Positions 10,566-21,021 of a stretch of 64,000 nt of DNA are shown here, piece by piece. A model generated the notes under the pieces. The model worked only from the letters and a program-made list of their open reading frames with translations. It searched no databases and was not told where the DNA came from. Position 1 is the first letter of the stretch. The number at the start of each line of letters is the position of its first letter. Position numbers and translations under genes: made by a program. The stretch comes from Pelagomonas calceolata (Eukaryota), in NCBI GenBank assembly GCA_918797485.1, contig CAKKNE010000001.1, positions 4,464,001 to 4,528,000 on the forward strand, read 5' to 3'.

Positions 10566-11807
10566 ATGGCATTGACGCTGGTCACCTACCCTGGCAACTT
10601 TAGGGCATTCAAGGCCTTGATCGCCGCCGAGTACGCTGGCGTGGAGATCGCCGTGAAGGATGTGGACGCCAAGGCCGCCGCAAAATTGAGCCCGACGGGC
10701 AAGGTGCCCGTGCTCGAGACGCCGCAGGGCACCATCTTCGAGTCGAACGCCATCGCGCGCTACGTCGCGCGGCTGCGCAGCGACGCGGATTTGTATGGAC
10801 GCACGTTCTACGAGTCGGCGGTCGTCGACAGCTGGATCGACTTCTGCGCGCACGAGCTCGAGCTGCCCTGCACGCTCTGGGTCTACCCCATCATCGGCTA
10901 CATGCCCTTCTCGGGGCCGGCCTACGGCAAGGCCAAGGCCCACGTATCGCAAGCTTTGAAGACGTTGGACGCGCACTTACTGGATAAGACCTACATGGTG
11001 GGCGAGGCCATGACGCTCGCGGACATCACGATCGCGTCGGCGCTCGTGTACCCGGCGAAGCTCGCCATGGACCCGAAATTCCGGGCCCAGTTCCCGAACG
11101 TCTTCCGCTGGTTCGACTTATGTGTCCACCAGCCGCAGTTCGTCGCGGTCATCGGCGACGTTGCGTTAGCGGAGTCGGAGATGAAGCCGGAAGGTGCTTC
11201 CAGTGCCCCTCAGGGTGGCAAGAAGGAGGCAAAGAAGGAAAAAGCGCCCAAGAAGGAGAAGGCGAAGAAGGAGAAGGCCGCCGCGCCGCCGCCGGCCCCG
11301 GCTCCCAAAAAAGTCGAGCACCCGCTCAAAATCCTGGACAAGAAGAGCCCGTCGCCGCTCAACGGCGACGAGTGGAAGCGGACCTACAAGAACAACCCGC
11401 CCGAGGTCTGGAAGCAGAAGTTCTGGGAGATGTTCGACCCGAAAGGATGGGCGCTCTGGGTCTGCCGCTTCAAGTACAACCACGAGAACGAGAAGCAGTT
11501 CATGTGCGCGAACGCCATCGGCGGCTTCGTGCAACGGTCCGACGCGATGCGCAAGTGGGCCTTCGGCACCATGTTCGTGACCGGCTCGGAAGCGTGCTTG
11601 CCGATCGAGATCTCGGGCTGCTGGTTGATGCGCGGCGACACGGTCGAGAACCTCACGGAGGCGAACGACGACGCGCTGTGCTACACGTGGACGAAGATCG
11701 ACCACACCTCTGCTGCTGGTAGGGCTTTGGTGGAGGAGTACTGGACGGCCGACGTCGACGGCTTCCTCGAGGGCAAGCTCGTGACGGACGGGAAGCTGTT
11801 CCTCTAG
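10566..11807 (+). CDS. EEF1G: Translation elongation factor 1-gamma (eEF1B gamma)
   Basis: GST-like N-terminus (NFRAFKALIAAEY, GKVPVLETPQGTIFESNAIARYVAR), Lys-rich linker, EF1G domain (DEWKRTY.N, FWE.FD..GW.LW, N.IGGFVQR). Confidence 0.97.
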   Translation: MALTLVTYPGNFRAFKALIAAEYAGVEIAVKDVDAKAAAKLSPTGKVPVLETPQGTIFESNAIARYVARLRSDADLYGRTFYESAVVDSWIDFCAHELELPCTLWVYPIIGYMPFSGPAYGKAKAHVSQALKTLDAHLLDKTYMVGEAMTLADITIASALVYPAKLAMDPKFRAQFPNVFRWFDLCVHQPQFVAVIGDVALAESEMKPEGASSAPQGGKKEAKKEKAPKKEKAKKEKAAAPPPAPAPKKVEHPLKILDKKSPSPLNGDEWKRTYKNNPPEVWKQKFWEMFDPKGWALWVCRFKYNHENEKQFMCANAIGGFVQRSDAMRKWAFGTMFVTGSEACLPIEISGCWLMRGDTVENLTEANDDALCYTWTKIDHTSAAGRALVEEYWTADVDGFLEGKLVTDGKLFL

Positions 11808-11876
11808 GGAGGCGTTTTCTGGGGGCCTAATGATTTGACTCCACTTCTCCACGGCGAAAGCGTCTCTGTGGGCAAG

Positions 11877-12593
11877 TTACTCGCCCCCGCCGGGATACAG
11901 CCGCTCCAGCGTCGAGAGCTTCTCCTTCGCGCGCGTGTACTGGAGGAGCAGCTTCTCCATCTCGTCGCCCGGGATGGTCTGGCCCGCGGCGTACGTGTCC
12001 TGCAGCGAGGACGGCTCGGCCGTCTTCGCCGGCGTCGGCGGCTCGGCCGCCGTCGGCGGCCGCGGCGTCGCGCCGGTATCTCGTATCCGCTCCTCGACGG
12101 CGCGCTGGAACTGGCGCGCCCGCGACGCCCAGGCCTCGAGCTCCTCGGCCTCGGCGTCGGGCCGCCGCGCGACGGCGTCGACGAGCCTATCTAGTATCGT
12201 CGCCGGCGGCTCGTCGCGCGGCGCCGCGGCCGCCCGGAGCTTCTTCTCCTTGAGCGCCCAGGCGTCGCGCGCCGCGCGGTGGCGCGCCTCGGCGTCGGCG
12301 AGCTGCGCGCGCAGCGCCTCGGCGTCGGCCTCGGCCTTCTCGCGCCGCTGGTCCGCCGCCTTCGCGTCCGCGCGCGCGGCGGCGCCGCGCGCGGCCTCGG
12401 CCTCGTGCAGCGCCGTCGCGCGCGCCTGCTCCAGGCGCGCGCGGCGCACCTCGTCCAAGGCCTGGGCCCGCTCGCCCTTGATGGCCCGGTCGAGGTGCAC
12501 CAAGAGCAGGCTCGACTCGGGCGCCGCGAGCTCGAAGGCGGCCGGGGCCGGAGTGGCGTACGGCGGGGCGGCCGGTAGCGGTGGGGCGGCCAT
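11877..12593 (-). CDS. Hypothetical coiled-coil protein
   Basis: ATG at 12593, Ala/Glu-rich heptads, GC3-rich codon usage. Confidence 0.65.
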   Translation of the reverse strand: MAAPPLPAAPPYATPAPAAFELAAPESSLLLVHLDRAIKGERAQALDEVRRARLEQARATALHEAEAARGAAARADAKAADQRREKAEADAEALRAQLADAEARHRAARDAWALKEKKLRAAAAPRDEPPATILDRLVDAVARRPDAEAEELEAWASRARQFQRAVEERIRDTGATPRPPTAAEPPTPAKTAEPSSLQDTYAAGQTIPGDEMEKLLLQYTRAKEKLSTLERLYPGGGE

Positions 12594-13062
12594 TTGTGTT
12601 TTGCAACTTATGGGGCAGCCTCTGCAGCGTACCCTTTTGAGCGTTTCTCCGTGTACGCAGCTTCGCCGGCGCACGAGTTAGTCTAGCGTTCGTGACCGCT
12701 TAAGTACTCTCTCTGCAGCGCGCGCAACGCGTGTGCGGTGCACAACAGATGCACAACCGGCGCTTGGTAAGTTATCGGTATGTACCTTATACCTCGCACG
12801 TAGCCAAAAACGAAATGACAATGCCCAGGCGTTTGAGCACTCCTCCTGGGAGGGTCCAGTCGTCCCGCGAGGGCGGCACAAGAGTACGAGAGATATGTTT
12901 TTCATCTCTTTTCGCAACCTTGCAGAGTGATAATATCCGCGTAGAGACGACGTTGGTCCTCTAGCGCGAGGCAAAAATAGCGAAGAATAACACGCAGTAA
13001 CGGCGGCCAACTGGGCGAGGCGACCCGGCCACGCGAGAACGTCTCTAAAAAAGACTCAACCT

Positions 13063-13350
13063 AAGGCGGGCTTCGAGCTCGAGTGGTCGCTCGTCAACTA
13101 CGTGTGTCCCGGTGAGACGGGCGTCGACGGCGCCTGCATTTGTCCGCCCGGGCGCTACGGGCTGAACTGCGCCCTGAAGTCATGCGTCGGAGTTGCGCCG
13201 CGCGTGTCGCAAAGCACGGGTCGCATCAAATCCGGAATCGCCGACGACTATCTACCAGATAACACGTGTCTGTGGCAAGTCGATCTGGATCTGAGGCGCC
13301 AGCACCGCGGGGCGTTCTTCCGGGCGTCGGTCGCGAACCTGGATGCGTAA
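13063..13350 (+). pseudogene. Orphan CUB-EGF-CUB gene fragment
   Basis: GFELEW (end of a CUB domain), C..CPPGRYGLNC (EGF), STGRIKS...Y.PDNTCLWQV (start of a CUB domain), then a stop. No ATG; in-frame upstream stop at 12988. Confidence 0.6.
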
Positions 13351-13379
13351 CTATGCGTTATATATGTGCAATTAGGCCC

Positions 13380-14104
13380 CTAGAGAAGCATATGGAGGAG
13401 CGGCGTGTGCCCCGCGGCGACGACCGCGGACCAGATCCCGGGGCAGAGGTGCAGCCCCGGCGCGTGCCACCGCTCATACGTCGCCGGCGCGAAGTTCGTG
13501 GCGAGGAAACAAGTGAGGCAGAGCGCCGCCAGCGGCGCTTCGACGGCGAAGTATTCGGGCGACGGCGCGTTGAGCGTCGTCTGCGTGAGGCCGTACACGA
13601 AAAGCGCCTTCGCGAGGGTGCCCTCGGCGAGCGCGACGCGGCCGGGCCGTTCGCCTGTGAGCAACTAAACCAGTGAGACCGCCACGCCATCGAGCAAGGC
13701 ACCGTGAAGTTTTGATCTGCACGCTGGTTCGTGCCGGCGCGGTGGTACGCGAGCGAGAAGACGAGCGTCGCCGACTGCAGCGCGGCGAGCTCCCAGAGGT
13801 CGTTCTGCGCCGCGAGCACGATGCCCGGCACGAATGCCACGTGCGACGCCACCATCGGGTCCGTCCAGTCCCGCTGCTTCACAGCACGCCGCCGCACCTT
13901 GCCGCGGCCGACGGGGTCGAACATGATGCGCATCGCTGCTTCCACGGACAATGCCGGCGCAGCCGGCGCATCGACGAGGGGCGCCGGAGCCGGTTTCGGT
14001 TGCCAATGGGGCGCCATTGTCGACGATGTTGCAAGCCTCATCTGCTGCAGTGCTCCGGCGAGCGGGAGCAACAGCGTTGCTATGCAAATTTTGCTGTTTA
14101 GCAT
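13380..14104 (-). CDS. Multi-pass membrane protein with signal/bipartite presequence, 2 exons, ~214 aa
   Basis: Exons 14104-13735 and 13654-13380 join as YHRA-G-ERPGRV; several hydrophobic helices with His motifs (SH, YH, WH..GLH). Confidence 0.7.
13655..13726 (-). mobile_element. Degenerate introner; intron 13734-13655, GC-AG
   Basis: Minus strand reads gcacgaac|cagcgtgcagatcaaaactt...gctcgatggcgtggcg...ctcacag; TSD is diverged (exon side gcgaacgg). Confidence 0.75.
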
Positions 14105-14303
14105 TGATGCGACCTTCTTAGCAGTCGTTATAGGCAGCTGCTCGGCTGTGTTTAAGCTAATTACGCACCATTTTGCGCTCTGCACTCGACTGCTACGTAA
14201 TCTTGGTGCGGACCCTCGTACTCATCCCGATACTCGTCCCGAGGCCTCGGCCGTGTTCGCCACTCGTCCCTCAATCCTCAAACGCGCTGCGTGTCCTTCC
14301 GTG

Positions 14304-14323
14304 CTAGCGTAGAGACACACTAG
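14304..14323 (+). promoter_or_regulatory. CTAG motif variant (12-nt spacer)
   Basis: gctagcgtagagacacactag between divergent starts 14104 and 14686. Confidence 0.4.
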
Positions 14324-14685
14324 ACAATCCTTCACGGCTTCGGAGTTCATCGAGGCGAGTACTGGCTACAGCGTCATCCTACACGGCAATTATCGCGTCG
14401 AGAAGTTCAATTGTCACGTTGACGGTCAGCCGCAGCAATTTCGAGCGCAGAGATCGCGGCTACGCGCCGGACAGCTGTTTTGGGCAGGGGAGGTCTGGAG
14501 CGCGAAACGCTGGACGTACGCCAGCCGCCGCGCGCCGCGAGGCCAGCATCCAGCCTCCGGACGCTGCCAGCTCGCGCTGCATCCAGCCGGAACGCCAAAA
14601 ATGAGGAGAGAGAGAAGAAACGCTGCCCGCCGCCGAGACACTCGACACAGAAGACTCACGGCACCGCGCCCGCAGGCAGACAAGC

Positions 14686-15623
14686 ATGGCTCGGCTCGCG
14701 ACCGCGCTCGCGCTCTGCGCCGGCGCGCGCGCCTACGTCGCGCCCGTCGCGCCCAAGGCGGCGGTCGCGCGGAGCGCGTTCTACGGCGGCGGCGAGAGCG
14801 GCGCGCTCGACAACCTCGAGGGCGCGCCGCCGGGCCCCGTGCCGAACATCGCGAACCCCGGCGGCGCCTGGGACCCGCTGAACCTCGCGGACACGACGCC
14901 CTTCGGCCCGACGCTCGAGTGGTACCGCGCGGCGGAGCTCAAGCACTGCCGCGTGGCCATGGCGGCCTTCGTCGGCTTCATCGTCGGCGGCACGGGCATC
15001 ACGTGGCCGGGCAACATCGCGCCGGGCGTGACCTGGAAGAGCTGCCTCGGCGCGACGCCCATGGACACGTGGGACAACCTGCCCATGTACGGCAAGTACC
15101 AGATCATCGCCTGGGTCGGTTTGATGGAGATCTGTGGCGCGCCGCGTGGGAATCGACGGCTGGTACACTCACTCTTGATGTTGTTGGTTGAAGAGACTAG
15201 TCTGAGAACACACACTACCGCGTCGATGGAGTCTTCGTGAGACGACGGACGGGGTTGCTGCGGCGGCGATCGAGATTCAGACTTGATGTCCGCACAGGTG
15301 GCGAGATGGAGCGGCCGCACTACATGACGGGCGGCAAGGGCGGCACCGTCTTCTTCGACCCCCCCGCCAAGAAGTATTCCTTGTGGGATCCCATTAACAG
15401 CATGAAGAACTGGGACGACGCCAAGCGCAAGCGCGGCCGCCTCGTCGAGCTGCAGAACGGCCGCGCGGCCATGTTCGGCGTCATCGGCTTCGTCATGGCC
15501 TACAAGTACCCGGGCACGATCCCGGCCCTGAAATTCTTCCCGCACTACGAGGGCGAGCTCCCGGGCGCGCCGTTTGCGGGCGACTGGCACATCTCGGAGA
15601 CGGCGAGCCAGTGGGCGTGGTAG
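14686..15623 (+). CDS. Light-harvesting fucoxanthin-chlorophyll a/c binding protein, 2 exons, ~257 aa
   Basis: Exons 14686-15133 and 15298-15623. Motifs WDPLNLA, YRAAELKHCRVAM, WDPIN, VELQNGRAAM; signal peptide ending ARA-Y. Confidence 0.95.
15142..15297 (+). mobile_element. Diverged introner; intron 15134-15297, GT-AG
   Basis: TSD gtggcgcg / gtggcgag; ends ccgcgtgggaatc...gatgtccgcacag; internal cgcgtcgatgg. Confidence 0.8.
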
Positions 15624-16085
15624 AGACGGATGTCGCGGGTAAATTGATGCGGTAGGGACTACTTAGTCACTCGTCTGGCGGGGGAAGAGAGATCCGCTGG
15701 ACGACGGCTACATGCGTTTGGGAAGTCTGGAGGTACGACTTGTGCTCGGGCAGCGACCACGAGATGTGTGGGCGCGCCGGCGGCGGCGCGTCGGCCACGG
15801 CGCGTGACGGTCGCGCCGGCGACGTCCGATTCGAGGAACCCAGCGAGAGCGACCGCGCGAGGGACCGCTTCGACGCCACCGAGGAGTGACCGTGGTGATG
15901 ATGCGCGAAGCCCCGTCGCTGCGCGTTCGTCCCCAGAAGCTCTCAATCGACTCGCGGCGTCAGTTTCGGTCTCTCTCGGTTCCCTGAGCAGAACCGGCCT
16001 GTGGATGACCCTGTGAGAAGGACAGAGGGATGCTGGGCGTCCGGACAAGCGATGATATCTCGTTTTTGACGTTCGATTGCTGCTC

Positions 16086-16107
16086 TTAGCGGCCGGTAAG
16101 ACACTAG
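16086..16107 (+). promoter_or_regulatory. CTAG-N14-CTAG motif copy
   Basis: ttagcggccggtaagacactagcaagc; near-identical to the 5524 copy including the downstream caagc. Confidence 0.55.
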
Positions 16108-16275
16108 CAAGCATGCCATACGGCAAGCGAGGGATAGCTGTCATCACACCGGTATGACCTCTCTAGAGGTATGGTATGACACACCCAAAAATTCAATCGA
16201 CGCGGGTGTTAAGGTCGAGAGGGGGAGGATACGGCGCGACTACGGAGGGGAGGATGGGGGAGGGATCTTGGGTCT

Positions 16276-17664
16276 TCAGGCGCGGTAGGCGCCGTACTGG
16301 CCGTAGCCCGACGACACGGGGTACCGCCGCACGCCCGCCGCGCGGTTGCGCGCGTTCGCGTGCGACCCGAGCGGCTTGCGCAGCGGCGGCCGCGGCTGGC
16401 CGTAGACGGACTTGACGGGCTGCGCCGCCGGGCGTCTATATCCATAGCCGCCGCGGTTGTACTGGCCGTAGTTGCCGCCGTAGCGCCGCGGCTGGTAGTG
16501 CGGGTGGACGTTCGCGTGGGCCGCGCGCGGCTGCGCCGGCGCCGCGTAGCGGCGCTGGGGCACGGCCGGCGCCGCGCGCGGCGACACGCGCGGCCGCGGC
16601 GAGACGCGCGGCTTCGGGGCAGCGGCGGGCGCCGCCGCCGGCTTCGGGGCCTCGGCCGGCTTCGGCGCGACGGGCGCCGCCTTGGCGGGAGCGGCCTCGG
16701 CGCCGAGGGGCCAGGCCTCGGGCGAGTCGGGCCGCTGGTCCGGGAAGCAGGGCTTCGGGAGCTGTTTCTTCAGGTTCGCAATCCGCTGGGGGACCATGAT
16801 CGTCGCGGCCAGCTGCTGCGCGGGCTTCGGTTGTACACTGCTACCTTTGTACCAGTCCGCCGCTTTTCTAGATTTGACGTCTTCACTCGCTAAAATCTGG
16901 GCGATGGACGGTCTGGAGCGCGCGTCGACCCTTACTAACTTCGCGATCATTTGGGTCATGTCCCGCGAGAAATTTCTAGGTAACGACGGGTAGCGTCCCA
17001 CTAAGACCGCTTGTTTCAACTGCGCAAAGGTAGAACCGACGAACGGCGGCCGCAGAGCACACAGTTCATACGCTAAACAGCCGACGGCCCAGACGTCCGC
17101 ACCGAACGAGTAGGGCTTATTGAGCCAGACTTCCGGCGACATGTAGTAGGGCGTGCCGATCTGGGTCCTTAGCAGCGCACCCTTCATGCGCTTCGAGACA
17201 TTTAAGTCCCCGATCTTGACACTTCCATCGGCCGCCAGAAAGATGTTAGCGGCTTTGATGTCGCGATGCACGATCTTCTGCTCGTGTAGACATTGTAACC
17301 CTTCGCACATCTGGATGAAGTGGGACCAGACGACGCGCTCGTCCATGTACTTGCGCTTCTTGCGGTAGCGCTCGACTTTGGACGCCAAGTCGCCGCAGCC
17401 GCACATCTCCATGACGATCCAGAGCTCCCGGTCTCTTCTCGCCAAAAACGCGTCGTAGAACCCGACGATGTACGGGTGCTTGATCGACGATAAAATGCGG
17501 ATCTCGTTGACCGCGTCCGCGAGCTCGGCCTTTTGCATCTTGCTGATGTCGATCCTTTTGCAGGCGTAGTGGACGCCCCTATCACCTCTTCGTTCCACCT
17601 TGTAGACCTGGGAGAAGGCGCCCTTGCCGAGCTTCTCTACTGTGCGGTAGTCGGCCTCAGGCAT
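16276..17664 (-). CDS. NIMA-related (NEK) Ser/Thr kinase with Pro/Ala- and YGG-rich tail
   Basis: LGKGAFS.VYK, NEIRILSSIKHPYIV, HRDIKAANIF, KIGDLNVSK, TQIGTPYYMSPE. ATG at 17664. Confidence 0.93.
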   Translation of the reverse strand: MPEADYRTVEKLGKGAFSQVYKVERRGDRGVHYACKRIDISKMQKAELADAVNEIRILSSIKHPYIVGFYDAFLARRDRELWIVMEMCGCGDLASKVERYRKKRKYMDERVVWSHFIQMCEGLQCLHEQKIVHRDIKAANIFLAADGSVKIGDLNVSKRMKGALLRTQIGTPYYMSPEVWLNKPYSFGADVWAVGCLAYELCALRPPFVGSTFAQLKQAVLVGRYPSLPRNFSRDMTQMIAKLVRVDARSRPSIAQILASEDVKSRKAADWYKGSSVQPKPAQQLAATIMVPQRIANLKKQLPKPCFPDQRPDSPEAWPLGAEAAPAKAAPVAPKPAEAPKPAAAPAAAPKPRVSPRPRVSPRAAPAVPQRRYAAPAQPRAAHANVHPHYQPRRYGGNYGQYNRGGYGYRRPAAQPVKSVYGQPRPPLRKPLGSHANARNRAAGVRRYPVSSGYGQYGAYRA

Positions 17665-18162
17665 GGTTGCGGCGGTGTCTGTTTCGTTGCGTCTGTTTCG
17701 TAGCTGGCGGCGGCGGCGGCGCTGTGAGTAGGCGCGGCGACGGCGGACGTCGGGTGCGGCGGGCGCTGTTGGAACGTCGACGGCAGCTGTCGCGGCGTTG
17801 CAGCGCTGGATGCGGCGACGTGCAGCGGTGGGTGCTGCTGCGTGCGGCGGCGGCTCGGGTGGCGCGCGGGGCTTCGGGGGCAGCCTGTGGGCAGCGACCT
17901 GTGATGATGGGGCGGCGGCGGCGGCTTTGCGTCGACGATGCTGATGGGCAGCCCGTTTCCAACGTGATTCCCTACTAGCCTCTAGCAGCGCGCGCCCCCG
18001 CCCGGTCCTTGACGGTTCCAAGGGCCGTACGGGAGCCCTCGGACTGATCTCTGCTGGGCGCGACAAAAAATAACGTGATTTTGTCACAGGCGCGGGCATT
18101 TCCGGAGGCATCCAGACGACTCCCCGCGACGCCATCGTCGCGACTACAGACAAAGAATCTTA

Positions 18163-19644
18163 CTAACCGAGCGCGTCCACGGCCGCCCGCCCGCCTCCTC
18201 TCAACCGCGGCGGCGCACTTCCACCAATGTGCGGCAGGTGGTGGTAGAAGAACACCATGAACACGTAGGCGTGGTGCAGTACGACCCAGGCGAAGAAGAC
18301 AAGCCGGAACAAGGGCGACGAGTTCAGCAGGCGCAGCGCCGACGCCATCCACTGGTCCACCGTGTCGACCGCGCCCCCTAATCCGGTATTCGGCGCTCGA
18401 TGGAGCTTCAGCCTCCTTCTCAAACCGCGCGGGTCGTCCGCGCGGCTCCGCCGCGCCTCGTCGAGCTCGACGCGCAGACTCTCGTTCGCGCGCCGCTGCG
18501 CACTCAGCGAGCTCCGCAAACCGTCCCGGTCCGCGGTCGCCGCATCCAGCAGCGCCTGCTTCCGCACGAGCTGCGCGGCCAGCGCGCCGTCGCGCGCGTT
18601 TTGTGGGGGAGGCAGCTGCGGCTGCTGCGACCGCTGCTGTTGTGCTGCGATCGTCGCATCGGCCTCGCGCAGCTTCGCCTGTAAGGAGTCGCGCTCGCGC
18701 TGCATGGCCTCGAGGCTCTCTTCCAGATCCCGTTTCTCGCTCTCGGCATTTGCTGTTTCCCGCTGGCGCTGCTCGCGGGCAGCCGCGTTATTCCTTCTGA
18801 TTTCATCGGCCTGCTCGCGTTGGAGGGCGGCCGCCGCCGCCGCTTCGGACTCCAGCTCGGCGACGCGCCGCGTCATCTCGGTGTAGCGGTCGTCCTGGCG
18901 CCGGCGCTTGGCTTCGTCGTCGTGGTTGACGGGCGCCGCCGGCTCCGCCTTCGCGGCCGCCAAAGCGGCGGCGAGCGACGCGACCTCGTCCCGCAGTTCC
19001 GCCTCGCGCCGCGCCGCGCCGGCGTCGGCGTCGGCGCGCGCCGCGCGGCTCTGTGCGTCGAGCAGTGAGTCGCGCGCGTCGCCGAGTTGCTCCGTCAGCT
19101 GCGCGGCCTTTCGTCTTTCTTCATCTAAAGCTGTTTGCAGCTTCAATTCCGCGTCGCGTGCTGCTTTTGCGATCTCTGATGCTTTGGCCGCGCCGGCCTG
19201 CGCGTCGGCGAGGTCTCTTCGTAGAGACGCCTCCGCTTTTTTGGTGCTGTCGTCCTCGTCGTCCTGCGCGCGCTTCAGCGCCGCGAGCTTCTTCCGGGCG
19301 TCGCGCGCGTCGTTCCTATAGTTGTTGCCGTCGCGCTCGGCCGCCTCCAAATCCGTCGTCAAGGAACGGACCTCGCGCTTCAGCCGCGCGTTTTCCGCCT
19401 TCAGCGCGTCGGTCTCGAGGTCGTCGTCGTCGTCGTCGTCGTCCTGCACGGCGCCGAGCAGCTCGTCCTTGACGGCGTCGGCGCTCGCGGCGGCGGCGCG
19501 GCGCCGTTTCGCCGCTATCGCCGCGTCCTCCTCCTTGCGCTGCTCGTCATCGTTGAGATCCGCCAAGGGCGTGTCGGCTATTTTGTCGTCCAGGAACGAC
19601 TGTACGCGGTCCAAGCGGGAGGTGATGCCCGTGAGGGCCTGCAT
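18163..19644 (-). CDS. Golgin-84 (golgin A5)-like coiled-coil protein with C-terminal TM
   Basis: Long coiled coil ending ...LRLLNSSPLFRLVFFAWVVLHHAYVFMVFFY. Confidence 0.7.
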   Translation of the reverse strand: MQALTGITSRLDRVQSFLDDKIADTPLADLNDDEQRKEEDAAIAAKRRRAAAASADAVKDELLGAVQDDDDDDDDLETDALKAENARLKREVRSLTTDLEAAERDGNNYRNDARDARKKLAALKRAQDDEDDSTKKAEASLRRDLADAQAGAAKASEIAKAARDAELKLQTALDEERRKAAQLTEQLGDARDSLLDAQSRAARADADAGAARREAELRDEVASLAAALAAAKAEPAAPVNHDDEAKRRRQDDRYTEMTRRVAELESEAAAAAALQREQADEIRRNNAAAREQRQRETANAESEKRDLEESLEAMQRERDSLQAKLREADATIAAQQQRSQQPQLPPPQNARDGALAAQLVRKQALLDAATADRDGLRSSLSAQRRANESLRVELDEARRSRADDPRGLRRRLKLHRAPNTGLGGAVDTVDQWMASALRLLNSSPLFRLVFFAWVVLHHAYVFMVFFYHHLPHIGGSAPPRLRGGGRAAVDALG

Positions 19645-19780
19645 CGTCGTGGGCGGGCCTGAAAGCGCTCGCGCCGTGTGCTACAGCGATCAGGGATGCC
19701 AGAGGGCGCAGCCCTGCGTCTGACGCCACCGATAAGGCCGCCAACGAGCTCAAAACTGAACAGCCTAAATCCCCAGTGGG

Positions 19781-19802
19781 CTAGCGGCATGTAAGACACT
19801 AG
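19781..19802 (+). promoter_or_regulatory. CTAG-N14-CTAG motif copy
   Basis: ctagcggcatgtaagacactag between divergent starts 19644 and 19974. Confidence 0.6.
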
Positions 19803-19973
19803 CAAGAGCAAGCAGCCTTCGAGGCTTCAGATAGGTCGAACGTCGACCTGTAGACTTCGGGCTCCTGCAAAAATCCCGCCGGCTCGAGCTTTGAGAGCCG
19901 CAGCAGGAGAGGCTGGGCTGCCCAGAGGCGCTACCGTGGTACGCCATCGACGCGACACCTCCCCAAGAGCACT

Positions 19974-20678
19974 ATGGCCCGGACGCTCGCCCTCCTCGCA
20001 GCGCCTCTGGCAGCCAGGGCCGCAAGCTGCCCCGCGGGCCCCGACGAGGCGCCGCGGACGGCGCTCACTGTCTCATTCCCGCGGCACAGCTGCGAAACGG
20101 TGCGGAACGAATTCAAGGCGCGCATGGCGATGGACCCCTCCTACCGCGTGACGGCCGAGGCGAGCGATTCGCTCGCGGCGGCGCGGACCACGGACGCGAC
20201 GCACGATTTGTTCGCGTTCTCCTACGACGCCACGGTCCAGGACCAGCGCCAGGGGAGTCCCAAGGCGCGCGTCGCGGGCTGCGTGGTGAGCGCCTGCGGC
20301 GTCAAACTGAACTCGGGCGACGAGGAAGGCGAGCTCTACTGCGGCATGCGCGACCTCTACTGCGGCGCGCGCGAGGACTGCGTCGCGCTTTTGGACTTCG
20401 GCGACTATTTCGAGAGAATAACGGAGCGATCGCGATCGCGCACCGACGCCGGGCGCTGCGTCGGCGGCGCGCAGCCGGCCTTCGACGGCTCGGTCCACCG
20501 GTACAACGACCAGCGCGGGGTCTCGGGCAACTACGGCCGGACAATGCGAGATCCGCATTATGGTACGCCTCAATGGCAGAAGGAGTTCTGGGCGCCGAAC
20601 ACCGCGACGATTCCAAACGGGGCGGACCCGATCCGGAACCCGTACCCGTATGCCAACGCTCCGCCGAACCCCGAGTAA
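19974..20678 (+). CDS. Secreted Cys-rich protein of unknown function
   Basis: Signal peptide MARTLALLAAPLAARAA; about 8 Cys including YCGMRDLYCG. Confidence 0.7.
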   Translation: MARTLALLAAPLAARAASCPAGPDEAPRTALTVSFPRHSCETVRNEFKARMAMDPSYRVTAEASDSLAAARTTDATHDLFAFSYDATVQDQRQGSPKARVAGCVVSACGVKLNSGDEEGELYCGMRDLYCGAREDCVALLDFGDYFERITERSRSRTDAGRCVGGAQPAFDGSVHRYNDQRGVSGNYGRTMRDPHYGTPQWQKEFWAPNTATIPNGADPIRNPYPYANAPPNPE

Positions 20679-20786
20679 GTCGTGTTGTTTTGTCTTTTTG
20701 TGTTTTTGTGCGGCTGTATTGTGTGCGCGGAGGGCCCAGGCGTTCCCGGCGGCCGCGTGGGCCCATCGATATCAATCGATCGAATG

Positions 20787-20808
20787 CTAGAGTGTGTCGA
20801 CACGCTAG
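20787..20808 (-). promoter_or_regulatory. Diverged CTAG-N14-CTAG motif
   Basis: Reverse complement ctagcgtgtcgacacactctagca, about 215 bp upstream of ATG 21022. Confidence 0.4.
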
Positions 20809-21021
20809 GTTCATGCGACCGCGGCGCGAAGCTCCCGTGCGCGTTGAGGCACAAGGAATCACCAGGAATTCGCAAGGTGCTTCATTTGCAAGCATCTGCC
20901 TGTGGGCATCTCCAATTTTGCAAGCGAAGCGTCTGCATTGACACATACCTGTAGAAGGCAGCAGCACACAGCAGCCACGACATCGCCGCGGCGGCAGCAC
21001 ACAGCAGCCAACCGACGCAAC

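Noticed and set aside
18059..18150. TIR-like gattttgtcacag plus core-like gacgccatcgtcgcgac
   Set aside because: The order is wrong for an element and there is no TSD; probably chance or an unresolvable relic.
17665..18153. N-terminal extension of the NEK kinase
   Set aside because: Low-complexity, UTR-like sequence; the kinase domain starts right after ATG 17664 (accATG).
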